Source: Candidatus Kaiserbacteria bacterium
Lineage (GTDB): Bacteria > Patescibacteriota > Minisyncoccia > Phycocordibacterales > UBA918
Assembly (NCBI GenBank): GCA_016204695.1
Contig: JACQKD010000001.1
Span: 68,976-132,975, forward strand
Reading direction: 5' to 3'
DNA length: 64,000 nt
Part shown: one piece after another, positions 36,956 through 45,425 of the stretch
How the letters are laid out: each line of letters starts with the position of its first letter
How positions within the stretch are numbered: the stretch's first letter is position 1
The notes under the pieces: model-generated
Databases searched by the model: none
The model's input: the letters and a program-made list of their open reading frames with translations, nothing else
Told to the model about the DNA's origin: nothing
Program-made: the position numbers and the translations under genes

Positions 36956-37330
36956 ATGAACACGTTTCCATCGTTTAATCTGAAGACGACCAATTTTGAA
37001 CAGACGCCGATTATTGAAGATGTGCTCGGGAAGCGGCTCGGGACGCTCGAAAAATTCTTGCCCGACGGCGAGACGATGCTTGTCTGTGAGGTGGAGCTGG
37101 AGAAGCTCGCCGGACAGCAGACGGGCAAAATTTTTCGAGCGGAAATCAACCTGCAGGTCGGCGGCACGCTCCTGCGTGCGGAGGCGACTGCCGAGCGGAT
37201 GGAAGACGCGATTGAACAGATGAAGAATGAATTGAAATCAGAGCTTGTAAAAGCGGGCGGCAAGAAGCACAGCGTCTTCAAGCGCGGCGCAAAAAAACTC
37301 AAGGAGATGTTGCTGTTCGGCGGAGAATAA
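36956..37330 (+). CDS. hpf: Ribosome hibernation promoting factor / ribosome-associated inhibitor (HPF/RaiA, short form)
   Basis: Sigma-54 modulation protein/S30EA fold pattern (beta-alpha-beta-beta-beta-alpha), 124 aa. Confidence 0.75.
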   Translation: MNTFPSFNLKTTNFEQTPIIEDVLGKRLGTLEKFLPDGETMLVCEVELEKLAGQQTGKIFRAEINLQVGGTLLRAEATAERMEDAIEQMKNELKSELVKAGGKKHSVFKRGAKKLKEMLLFGGE

Positions 37331-37342
37331 ACACTTTTCCGG

Positions 37343-38206
37343 TTATTCGCCGCGAAGGAAATCTTCGTAGTTCATCTCTTTTTTCCCTTCGGGGATGACG
37401 CGGAGGATGCGGAGGGAGCCGTCGGGGGCGAGGTCTGCGTCGGTGACTTTTACGCGCAGTTGTTTTCCATTCCGTTCGTGCATGAAATAGGTGCCGGGCC
37501 AGCCGTCGTAGGCGCGGATTTTGAGGAGGTTTTGGTACGGGTCGTCCGCGAGGTCGAGACGGCCGTCCTCTTTCTCGATTTTTTTGGAAAATGTCGCTTG
37601 TGCGTGGTCTTGTTGTTCCGGTGTGATTGTGCCGTCGAGCCAGAGGGGGACGGTTTCTGCGAGAAGCTGGCCGCCCGCGTGCGCAAGAAGCGCTTCGAGC
37701 ATGGTTGCGCGCATGGGCCAATCTTCGGGCGCGATTTCGATGCGTGCTTGTGCGAGGATCGGTCCATGATCGACTTCCTGATCCATCAGCATGACGGAGA
37801 CGCCCGTCTCTCGCGCATCAGTGAGAATCGCCGTGCGTATGGGGCTCGGACCGCGGAGCAGGGGCAGGAGCGACGGGTGGACGTTGAGCGTGCCGTGCTT
37901 GGGGAGCGCGAGCAGACGTTTCGGCAGAATCTTGCCGTATGACGCGACGATAAACAGGTCCCAATCGGTGTTGAGAAGCGGCGCGACCTGGTCTTCGTCT
38001 TTGAGCGATGTCGGCTGGAGCGCAGGAACGCCGTGCGCCTCGGCCCATGCTTTGGCTTCGGGCGGCGTCAGGATATGCTTGCGACCTTTCGGTACGTCCG
38101 GTCCGGTGACGACAAGCGACGGCATGAGGCCGGCTGACGCAAGCTCATCAAGTACGCCGCCGGCAAGCGGCTCCGAACCGAAGAAAACCATTGATACTGA
38201 TTTCAT
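37343..38206 (-). CDS. fmt: Methionyl-tRNA formyltransferase
   Basis: Formyl-transferase N-domain (HGTLNVHPSLLPLLRGPSPI), a C-terminal domain, and the gene sits directly downstream of def. Confidence 0.9.
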   Translation of the reverse strand: MKSVSMVFFGSEPLAGGVLDELASAGLMPSLVVTGPDVPKGRKHILTPPEAKAWAEAHGVPALQPTSLKDEDQVAPLLNTDWDLFIVASYGKILPKRLLALPKHGTLNVHPSLLPLLRGPSPIRTAILTDARETGVSVMLMDQEVDHGPILAQARIEIAPEDWPMRATMLEALLAHAGGQLLAETVPLWLDGTITPEQQDHAQATFSKKIEKEDGRLDLADDPYQNLLKIRAYDGWPGTYFMHERNGKQLRVKVTDADLAPDGSLRILRVIPEGKKEMNYEDFLRGE

Positions 38207-38757
38207 ACGGCGGTTTGCGCGCGGCGATGTGTCGCTATTTCTTCCGGATGCAGGATCTCTTCGGCGCGGTCGACGAAGAGGATGCCGTCGAGATGATCGA
38301 CCTCATGCTGGAATATCTGCGCGAGGAGCCCGCTTGCGCCGCGCTCGTACGGTGTGCCGCGCTCATCGTATGCGCGGATCGTGGCATGCGTGGATCTTGT
38401 CACTCCTCCGTAGACATCTTTCACTGAAAGACATCCTTCATGCATGAGCTGTTTCTTTTTCGAGAGCCGAAGGATGCGGGGGTTTATGGCGACCAGAGAC
38501 GGAAGGTGCGGAGGATCCGCTTTTGCGGCGTCTTTTTTCTTCTTTTGCAAATCTTCGACGAGAAAAATTCGCAACGGCACGCCGATCTGCGGGGCGGCAA
38601 TGGCGAGGCCCACATATTCCGCCGCCTTGTACGAGTGAAGCGCGGCGCGCATGTCTTTGAGTATCTTTTGTATGCGTGGCGAAGTGATATCTTCGACAGG
38701 AACCTCCTCTGCAATCGCATGCAGGGCGGGGTGTGTCTGGGGGACGAGTTTTGCCAT
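38203..38757 (-). CDS. def: Peptide deformylase
   Basis: Motifs GVGLAAPQIG, EGCLSV and HEVDHLDG. Confidence 0.9.
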   Translation of the reverse strand: MAKLVPQTHPALHAIAEEVPVEDITSPRIQKILKDMRAALHSYKAAEYVGLAIAAPQIGVPLRIFLVEDLQKKKKDAAKADPPHLPSLVAINPRILRLSKKKQLMHEGCLSVKDVYGGVTRSTHATIRAYDERGTPYERGASGLLAQIFQHEVDHLDGILFVDRAEEILHPEEIATHRRAQTAV

Positions 38758-38828
38758 ACGACACTACCATACCACTCCAATCGAGCATGTTCAAAAATTT
38801 GCAGACGGTGGCAAAGCGGATGGAGATC

Positions 38829-40754
38829 TTACACGATGCGGTCGGGGTTGATGATTATGCGGACTGATGGCGGAAGCAAACGCAGGGCATCGACAAGCGC
38901 GTCTTGCGGCCATCCGCTCCGGCCGCCGGCGGATGTCGGAGCGCTCGGGACGCGAATAAGTCCGTACATGATGTGTGATCCGCCGGCGGCCGGAGCGGTT
39001 TCTGTCGCGGCCGGAGGATTATAGACAAGGAGGCCGAACGGATCGAGCCGCTCTTTGATCTCTCTTGTCAACGTGTCCTCCGGATTGCTTCGCCACGTCA
39101 GATGGACGAATACGCTATAGGGCGGATAGTTGAATTGTTCTCGCGCGGCAAGCTCGTCGGTGTAATATGCCGCGGTCGAGCCGTCGCGCGCATGTCCGAG
39201 GAGTTCGTCATCGGCGGTGCGGATTTGCGCGAAGACGTATCCAAGCGTCTTCTCTCGAAGCGCAAGCAATATGCCGAACGCTTCTTCCTGTCCCCGCCAC
39301 GAGGGGATGGCGCGCAGAGCGTCCATGCTGACGATGGCGCTCGTCTCTACGGGATCGTGGAGATAGGGCAAGGCAAGTAGGGTCCCCAGCAGGACCGTTT
39401 TTTTCTTTGCATAGAATGCGTCTCGGATTGCAACGGCTTTTCGGTGGGTCGACGCGGTTTGATAGTCGAAAAGGAATATATCATCATCTCCCAATTGTCT
39501 CACCATTTCGTCGTATACCTGCTGTATTCCGATGCCTCGCTCGCGCAGGCGCCAACTGCCGCAGTTGGGGCAGAGGTCGTCCGCCCTGCGACGGTAGCCC
39601 GAAACACTTGAAACAAGCCAGCGTTCTTCAACGCCGTCACGCATGACGCGATGGAGTGCAAGCGGCGAGCCGGAGCGCGGACACCGCAGAATGTGCCCGC
39701 AGTCTACGCACGTCACTACGGGCGAGAGCCCTCGCCGGGCGCACAAGAGAAATGTTCGTCCGCGTTCCCGGCGCGTCTTCAGGATGGTGTCGAGCAGGAC
39801 ATCGGAAAAGAGAGAAAACACTTTGCCGTCGGTTCTGTCTTTGATGGGGATGGTCTTGAGCTTGCCCGGCAACGAGAGCCGTTTGGGGTGTTCATCGAAG
39901 GGGACGGCGAGGCCTTTTCGCAGAAGAAACTCATCTTCGCTCTGTGGCAGAAGGTCGGCGCTTACCAATACCCGGCCGGTATGTCGAGCGTGGACCGCGA
40001 GCGCATGGCGAAAGTCGAGATACGGACGCGATCGCGCTCTGTATGCGGACGATCGCGCGTGTTCAAGCACGACCGTACCTACGTCGTCCCGCGCGATGCA
40101 TGCGTGCTGGGGAGTGGCGACGATGAGCACCGGCCGGGCGTTTGTCGCGAACTTTTGGTAGGCGAGGGCGAGCCGGCGAGCGCCGATGCCGCTGTGGAGG
40201 AGGTATGCCCGGCCGGGAATCCCTTCGCTCAATATGGGGAAAAGAAACTCGCCGTCTTCTCTTGTCGGCGTCACGATGACGATTGATTTGTTCTCCGCAA
40301 ATGACGTGCGGACCATGCTCTTATACGCAAGGAGTCGAGCATCTCGGGGCGCCTGGAGTATCCGATGGACGTACATGTCCCCTTGTCTGACAGTTACCGA
40401 TTCGGGGTTGATGGGGATCTTTCCGTTTTTGATCTCATTCGGCAGGAGCGCAAAAAGCACGGCTCCGGGCTGGGAGGCATAATATTCCGCGAGCTCGTCT
40501 GCGGTACGCAGAAGCGGGTCGGGAAGCTTGTGCGCGTGTTTTTGCGGCGGGAGTTTTCGAAGCAGAAAAGAGGCGCCGCGAAGCGCCGCCTTCGCGAGCG
40601 ACACTTCTTGCGAAGAGATCACGATACCTTGCGCCGACTGTTTGCGAAGCGGTATATCAAGCAAGGTTCCCCGCTCGTAGGGATGTTTTGAGAAATAGGT
40701 AAGGGCCGCACGCGACATGCCCCGACGCATCGGTATGACTTCGATGACGTACAT
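38829..40754 (-). CDS. priA: Primosomal protein N' (PriA helicase)
   Basis: DEAD/DEAH helicase motifs, the Cys-rich zinc-binding region (CVDCGHILRCPRSG...CPNCGS) and the C-terminal domain. Start moved to MYVIEVIP (ATG 40754), 6 nt after the murA stop. Confidence 0.85.
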   Translation of the reverse strand: MYVIEVIPMRRGMSRAALTYFSKHPYERGTLLDIPLRKQSAQGIVISSQEVSLAKAALRGASFLLRKLPPQKHAHKLPDPLLRTADELAEYYASQPGAVLFALLPNEIKNGKIPINPESVTVRQGDMYVHRILQAPRDARLLAYKSMVRTSFAENKSIVIVTPTREDGEFLFPILSEGIPGRAYLLHSGIGARRLALAYQKFATNARPVLIVATPQHACIARDDVGTVVLEHARSSAYRARSRPYLDFRHALAVHARHTGRVLVSADLLPQSEDEFLLRKGLAVPFDEHPKRLSLPGKLKTIPIKDRTDGKVFSLFSDVLLDTILKTRRERGRTFLLCARRGLSPVVTCVDCGHILRCPRSGSPLALHRVMRDGVEERWLVSSVSGYRRRADDLCPNCGSWRLRERGIGIQQVYDEMVRQLGDDDIFLFDYQTASTHRKAVAIRDAFYAKKKTVLLGTLLALPYLHDPVETSAIVSMDALRAIPSWRGQEEAFGILLALREKTLGYVFAQIRTADDELLGHARDGSTAAYYTDELAAREQFNYPPYSVFVHLTWRSNPEDTLTREIKERLDPFGLLVYNPPAATETAPAAGGSHIMYGLIRVPSAPTSAGGRSGWPQDALVDALRLLPPSVRIIINPDRIV

Positions 40755-40759
40755 TATCT

Positions 40760-42109
40760 CTATTCTACCAAATCGGTTCTCGTGGTGATTTTTGCGCCGA
40801 GTTCCGCAAGTCGTTCGGCGATGTTTTGGTAGCCGCGCTGGATGGTGTAGACATTGCGCAGTGTGGAGGTGCCTTCGGCCGCGAGCATGCCGATGAGGAG
40901 TATGGCGGCGGGGCGCAGTGCGGGCGGGCAGATGATGTCTGCGGCTTGCCACTCTGTCGGACCGGTGACAAAGACCCGGTGCGGATCGGCAAGAAGCACT
41001 TTCGCGCCCAGCTTTTCAAGCTCGGTGTAGTGCACTGCCCGACCGTCATATGTCCAGTCGTGAATCAGCGTTTGTCCTTCGGCTTGCGCGGCGATCACGA
41101 CGAAGAAGGGGAGATTGTCCTGGTTGATGCCCGGGTATGGCAATGCATGTATTTTGTCCTCAAGTGCTTTGAGCTTGGAAGGGTGGATAATGAGATCGAC
41201 GAGCTTTGTTTTGCCGTTTTTTGCGAGGTATGGCCCGGACTTCTCGTATCGCAGTCCCATCTTCTCGAGTTTCAAAAGTTCGAGTTCGAGAAATGCGATC
41301 GGCGCGCGGATGACGGCGAGTTTGGAGTCGGTCACAATCGCCGATGCGATAAAAAACATCGCGTCGATCGGGTCTTCCGAAAGGGTGTATTCGATTGTTT
41401 CGTTTATCTCTTCGACGCCATGCACGATGAGTGTTGATGTGCCGATGCCTTCGATTTTCACTCCGCATTGTTCAAGAAAAAAACATGTTTCTTGCACCAT
41501 GTAGTTGGCGGAGGCGAATTTGATGGTTGTGGTGCCGGGAATTTTCGCCGCGGCCATAAGCGCGTTTTCAGTCACGGTGTCGCCCGCTTCATAGAGGATG
41601 ATTTCGCGATCTTTCGCGAGGCCGCCGTGCGTCACATGAAAATAATTCTCCTCGGTCTCGACCGAGACGCCGAGCGGTTCGAGCGCGTAGAAGTGCGGAC
41701 GCACGGTGCGCTGGCCGAGATTGCATCCGCCGGACTGCGGAATGCGGAAATCTTGCAAATCGTGGATCAGTGGGCCGAAGTACATGATGATGCTTCGGGT
41801 CATTCGCGCGGCGTCCTCGTCGATCGTATCCATCGCGAGATGCGCAGGCGGCGTGATGCGTATGCTCGTGCCTTCCCATGTCACGCCGACGCCGATACTT
41901 TGCAAGACTTCAATAAGGCGATTCACCTCTTCGATCTTCGGTACATCGTGGAGAACAGTCGTACCTTTATTGAGGAGTACGGCGCACAACAGCGCGACCG
42001 CGCCGTTTTTCGACGTGCTCGTTGTCACGGTGCCCGAAAGCTTGTGACCTCCCTCGATTGTAAAATTGATAACCGGCCGCGTTTTCGGGGTAGCTTCCAT
42101 ATTCGCCAA
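40760..42109 (-). CDS. murA: UDP-N-acetylglucosamine 1-carboxyvinyltransferase
   Basis: EPSP-synthase fold; N-terminal I.GG.L.G.V..S.SKNG..AL; 449 aa. Confidence 0.9.
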   Translation of the reverse strand: MANMEATPKTRPVINFTIEGGHKLSGTVTTSTSKNGAVALLCAVLLNKGTTVLHDVPKIEEVNRLIEVLQSIGVGVTWEGTSIRITPPAHLAMDTIDEDAARMTRSIIMYFGPLIHDLQDFRIPQSGGCNLGQRTVRPHFYALEPLGVSVETEENYFHVTHGGLAKDREIILYEAGDTVTENALMAAAKIPGTTTIKFASANYMVQETCFFLEQCGVKIEGIGTSTLIVHGVEEINETIEYTLSEDPIDAMFFIASAIVTDSKLAVIRAPIAFLELELLKLEKMGLRYEKSGPYLAKNGKTKLVDLIIHPSKLKALEDKIHALPYPGINQDNLPFFVVIAAQAEGQTLIHDWTYDGRAVHYTELEKLGAKVLLADPHRVFVTGPTEWQAADIICPPALRPAAILLIGMLAAEGTSTLRNVYTIQRGYQNIAERLAELGAKITTRTDLVE

Positions 42110-42203
42110 TCATACTCCAGCCGCCTTCTGTCGCAAAATTGTCTTAAATAAAGACGGCCTGGTGCTCATCCCAGGCCTTGCCACGATACACCACCGACTA
42201 TTC

Positions 42204-42380
42204 CTATGGGGGAGAGTAGTTGGTGGTTGCTCCGCAGTCGAGGCACACGTAGCCGTTTTCGCGGCGTGCCATTGCGGCTCCGCACTCGCCGCACGAAGGC
42301 ACCTCATCTCTCTCGGTGTCTGGAACTACCGTTGTCGGTAGTCCATATGTGGCTGAAAGCTTCCGTCCCTCTTCGGCCAT
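42204..42380 (-). CDS. Small zinc-ribbon protein (58 aa)
   Basis: CGECG...CLDCG pair; ATG at 42380 preceded by GGAGG. Confidence 0.45.
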   Translation of the reverse strand: MAEEGRKLSATYGLPTTVVPDTERDEVPSCGECGAAMARRENGYVCLDCGATTNYSPP

Positions 42381-42573
42381 GTCGTTTCCCCTCCTAGACG
42401 AGACAAGGATCGTCCCACCTATTCGAGTGCGTCCCGATCGAGTACATACCTGCATTCGAACTCCTTTCGTACTTTATGCCGTGTGCAAAATATCATGCAT
42501 ACCAGGGCGATACAACTACGGCAAATGTTTACCAAGATGCGGTGTAAATTAAAACAAGGTATCATGCCCCTAC

Positions 42574-43596
42574 ATGTCATGGTTCTCCAATCTCTTTTCT
42601 CCAAAGGTTGGTATTGACCTTGGGACGACAAATGTACTCGTGTTTATTCCGGGCAAGGGCATCGTGCTCAATGAGCCGTCGGTGGTCGCGATCTCCGACG
42701 ACAATAAGATTCTCGCGGTCGGACAGGAAGCGAAACATATGATCGGCCGTACGCCGGACAACATCCGCGCGTATCGCCCGATGAAAGACGGCGTGATCGC
42801 CGATTATCGCGTGACCGAGGCGATGCTGCGGTATTTTCTTAAGAAAGCGCTCGGGCGGTGGAATATTTTTAAGCCCGAAGTGATGGTGTCAGTGCCTGCG
42901 GGCGTGACGTCGACCGAACGGCGCGCGGTGATCGAGGCGGCGCTCAAAGCGGGCGCACGCAATGCGTATGTGGTCAAAGAGCCGATCCTTGCCGCCATCG
43001 GCGCGGGTATTCCCATCTACGAGCCGCGCGGACACATGATCGTGGATATCGGCGGCGGCACGATCGACGTGGCGGTGATCTCGCTTGGCGGCATCGTTGC
43101 GGCCAATTCGGTCAAATGCGCCGGTAATCGCATCGACGCGGCGATTGTAGACTACGCGAAAAAACATTCCAATCTTTCGATCGGCGACAAAACCGCCGAA
43201 GACATCAAGATTACGATCGGTTCGGCGCTTCCGCTCGAAGAAGAGATGGTGCTTGCGATCAAAGGACGAGACACACAGTCCGGCCTGCCGCGTACGGTTG
43301 AGATGAAAAGCAATGAGCTGGTGAGTGCGATGGCCCGCGAGCTCCGCGAGATGATCAAGGCGATCAAGGATGTGTTCCAGGATACGCCGCCGGAGCTTGC
43401 GGCCGATATTATCGACCAAGGGATCATTCTCACCGGAGGGACCTCCCAGTTGCGCAACTTCGCCGAGCTCGTGCGTCGTCGTACCGGCGTGAAAGCGAAG
43501 GTCGCCGACAGCGCGCTCTTCTGTGTCGCCAAAGGCACCGGCATCGCACTTGAACATCTCAATACCTACAAACGCAGTATCATCACGAAGCGGTAG
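42574..43596 (+). CDS. mreB: Rod shape-determining protein MreB (actin-like ATPase), paralog 1 (standalone)
   Basis: GIDLGTTN, the DGVIADY phosphate-2 motif and DIGGGT. Confidence 0.9.
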   Translation: MSWFSNLFSPKVGIDLGTTNVLVFIPGKGIVLNEPSVVAISDDNKILAVGQEAKHMIGRTPDNIRAYRPMKDGVIADYRVTEAMLRYFLKKALGRWNIFKPEVMVSVPAGVTSTERRAVIEAALKAGARNAYVVKEPILAAIGAGIPIYEPRGHMIVDIGGGTIDVAVISLGGIVAANSVKCAGNRIDAAIVDYAKKHSNLSIGDKTAEDIKITIGSALPLEEEMVLAIKGRDTQSGLPRTVEMKSNELVSAMARELREMIKAIKDVFQDTPPELAADIIDQGIILTGGTSQLRNFAELVRRRTGVKAKVADSALFCVAKGTGIALEHLNTYKRSIITKR

Positions 43597-43611
43597 GGTA
43601 CAATGTGAAGC

Positions 43612-43878
43612 ATGAAGAAGGTGCTCATCGGCGTGGTCGCGGCATATCTTGCGATCGGACTCACTGTCGGGGGAAATGAATGGCTGAAAGATATGGCGAC
43701 ATTCGACTGTGGTTCGTATACGTATGGAGGCGGTAGTATATTCGAATCAGCCGGTCCGGGCTGTCGGCGCAGAGGCTTGGAGGCAGGCGGCATATTCTCG
43801 GCGGTTGTCGTAGGGGCACTATGGGGACCGCTGATTGTGCCGAGACTACTCTTCCCTGATTCGAGGGAAGAAGTTTGA
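43612..43878 (+). CDS. Small membrane protein (two TM helices)
   Basis: 88 aa; starts 16 nt after the mreB stop. Confidence 0.4.
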   Translation: MKKVLIGVVAAYLAIGLTVGGNEWLKDMATFDCGSYTYGGGSIFESAGPGCRRRGLEAGGIFSAVVVGALWGPLIVPRLLFPDSREEV

Positions 43879-43927
43879 TACTATCCTGATGTGCCGATGG
43901 AGAAACCGCGAATAACATCATCACAAA

Positions 43928-44275
43928 GTGATTATGGTGCACACTAAACCGCCTTCTTCACCTCGGAGTGGTATATACTGGAAGGGAATTAATGCTCATA
44001 CACATATGACCGAAGAACAAAAACAAAAATTAGTTGCCCTTTTTGAAGAGCAGAAAACTTCTGAAGACGACCAAGCGTTCTGGTTTACTCGTTTGTCGGA
44101 TGCCTCGCCGGTACTCTGCGAAAGTGTCATAGAAATGTTCGCATTATTTCCGGGCGAGATGGGGCAACTGCGCGGAATGCAGGAACGAAAAGAACAAGCG
44201 CTTGCAAGTGGAGATATGGACGCGTGGGGTGGAATCGTGGAGGATGAGACACGCCGACTTGCCGCGCTCGCATAG
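43928..44275 (+). CDS. Hypothetical protein, 115 aa
   Basis: Acidic, no motif recognised. Confidence 0.35.
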   Translation: MIMVHTKPPSSPRSGIYWKGINAHTHMTEEQKQKLVALFEEQKTSEDDQAFWFTRLSDASPVLCESVIEMFALFPGEMGQLRGMQERKEQALASGDMDAWGGIVEDETRRLAALA

Positions 44276-44301
44276 GAGATTACGCACTATATTTTACGAA
44301 T

Positions 44302-45405
44302 ATGAATGAAGGAGCACCTAAAGCCAAAAAGATTTCACCGGAACGATTGTCAATCAATACTGTTCAGGAGGAGGATAGCGACTCTACAGAGATGGCGCCC
44401 GATGAGGCCGCTACCGCAGTGCAAGAGGCGATGAAAAAGGGTCAAGAGGTACTGCCTCCTCAGCAAACAGAGATGATCGCGGAGGAAGTGAAAGGAACAG
44501 GCGGGGTCCTGCAGAGATTCGGCGGACGAACAAAGCGAACGATAATGTTCGGTCTTGTCGGCTTGTCACTTCTTGCCGCGTCTCCTCGGTGGTCGGAAGG
44601 CGCTGAAAAAAAAGGATCGGGGGAGCGTATCGAGGAAGTTGCGAAGAATCGTACCGAAGCTGACTATGCGAAAGCATGGAAAGTGCTTGAAGCTTACGGA
44701 GTAAAAAGATCTCCTGATGTAGAAAGAACCGAAAAGCTTGGAGAGCAAATTGCGCCAGGATCGCGCGCTATGAAAATCGAAGGGGAAGTGATGGGGGTCG
44801 CCGAAAAACTCGTACATACCTTGAATACGCTCGCCACCAGAGTGATAACGGGGATGGATAAAGTTAAACGGAGCTACGGGCTTCCTGAAGCGGCGCCCGA
44901 CTTCGAGCAGACAGTGGCAACATTGCAAAAACAACTGGAGTCGGCGGATTCGTTCGATGTCGCATTGAAGGATTTTTCTCGCGGTGATTCCGTATTCAGA
45001 TCATCGGATTCGCTGGATTTTGCGCGCGAACAGTTGCGCGCGGGAGAAGCGTTGATCGCATATTGGAAAGATCCCAAAAACAAGGCCATCCTGGACAAGA
45101 AGTCATCGGCAAAAAAGATTCTTGACCGGTTGGAACAGAAAGAAAAAACCGATCTTTTGAATCGGAACGAAACAGAGCTGAAAAAAGAAGCTCTACGCAT
45201 TCTGGGAGAAGAGTCGTTGCAATCATCCGGGTCCGGAAAACAGGGTGGGAGTGAAACACCGCAACAGCGCGGAGGCACTGAGTTGGACAAGGTGCCGGGT
45301 CAGCTCGAAAAATCCGGCAGGGAGTTGAGGGAGTCTGCCGATAATCTGGGGAGGATAATGCAGGAATATCGCAAGCAGGTTGAAGAGCTCAATAAGAAGA
45401 AGTAG
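44302..45405 (+). CDS. Hypothetical coiled-coil protein with one TM segment
   Basis: TM helix IMFGLVGLSLLAA and a Lys/Glu-rich helical remainder. Confidence 0.45.
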   Translation: MNEGAPKAKKISPERLSINTVQEEDSDSTEMAPDEAATAVQEAMKKGQEVLPPQQTEMIAEEVKGTGGVLQRFGGRTKRTIMFGLVGLSLLAASPRWSEGAEKKGSGERIEEVAKNRTEADYAKAWKVLEAYGVKRSPDVERTEKLGEQIAPGSRAMKIEGEVMGVAEKLVHTLNTLATRVITGMDKVKRSYGLPEAAPDFEQTVATLQKQLESADSFDVALKDFSRGDSVFRSSDSLDFAREQLRAGEALIAYWKDPKNKAILDKKSSAKKILDRLEQKEKTDLLNRNETELKKEALRILGEESLQSSGSGKQGGSETPQQRGGTELDKVPGQLEKSGRELRESADNLGRIMQEYRKQVEELNKKK

Positions 45406-45425
45406 AAAAGCGAAAGAGAGTAGCC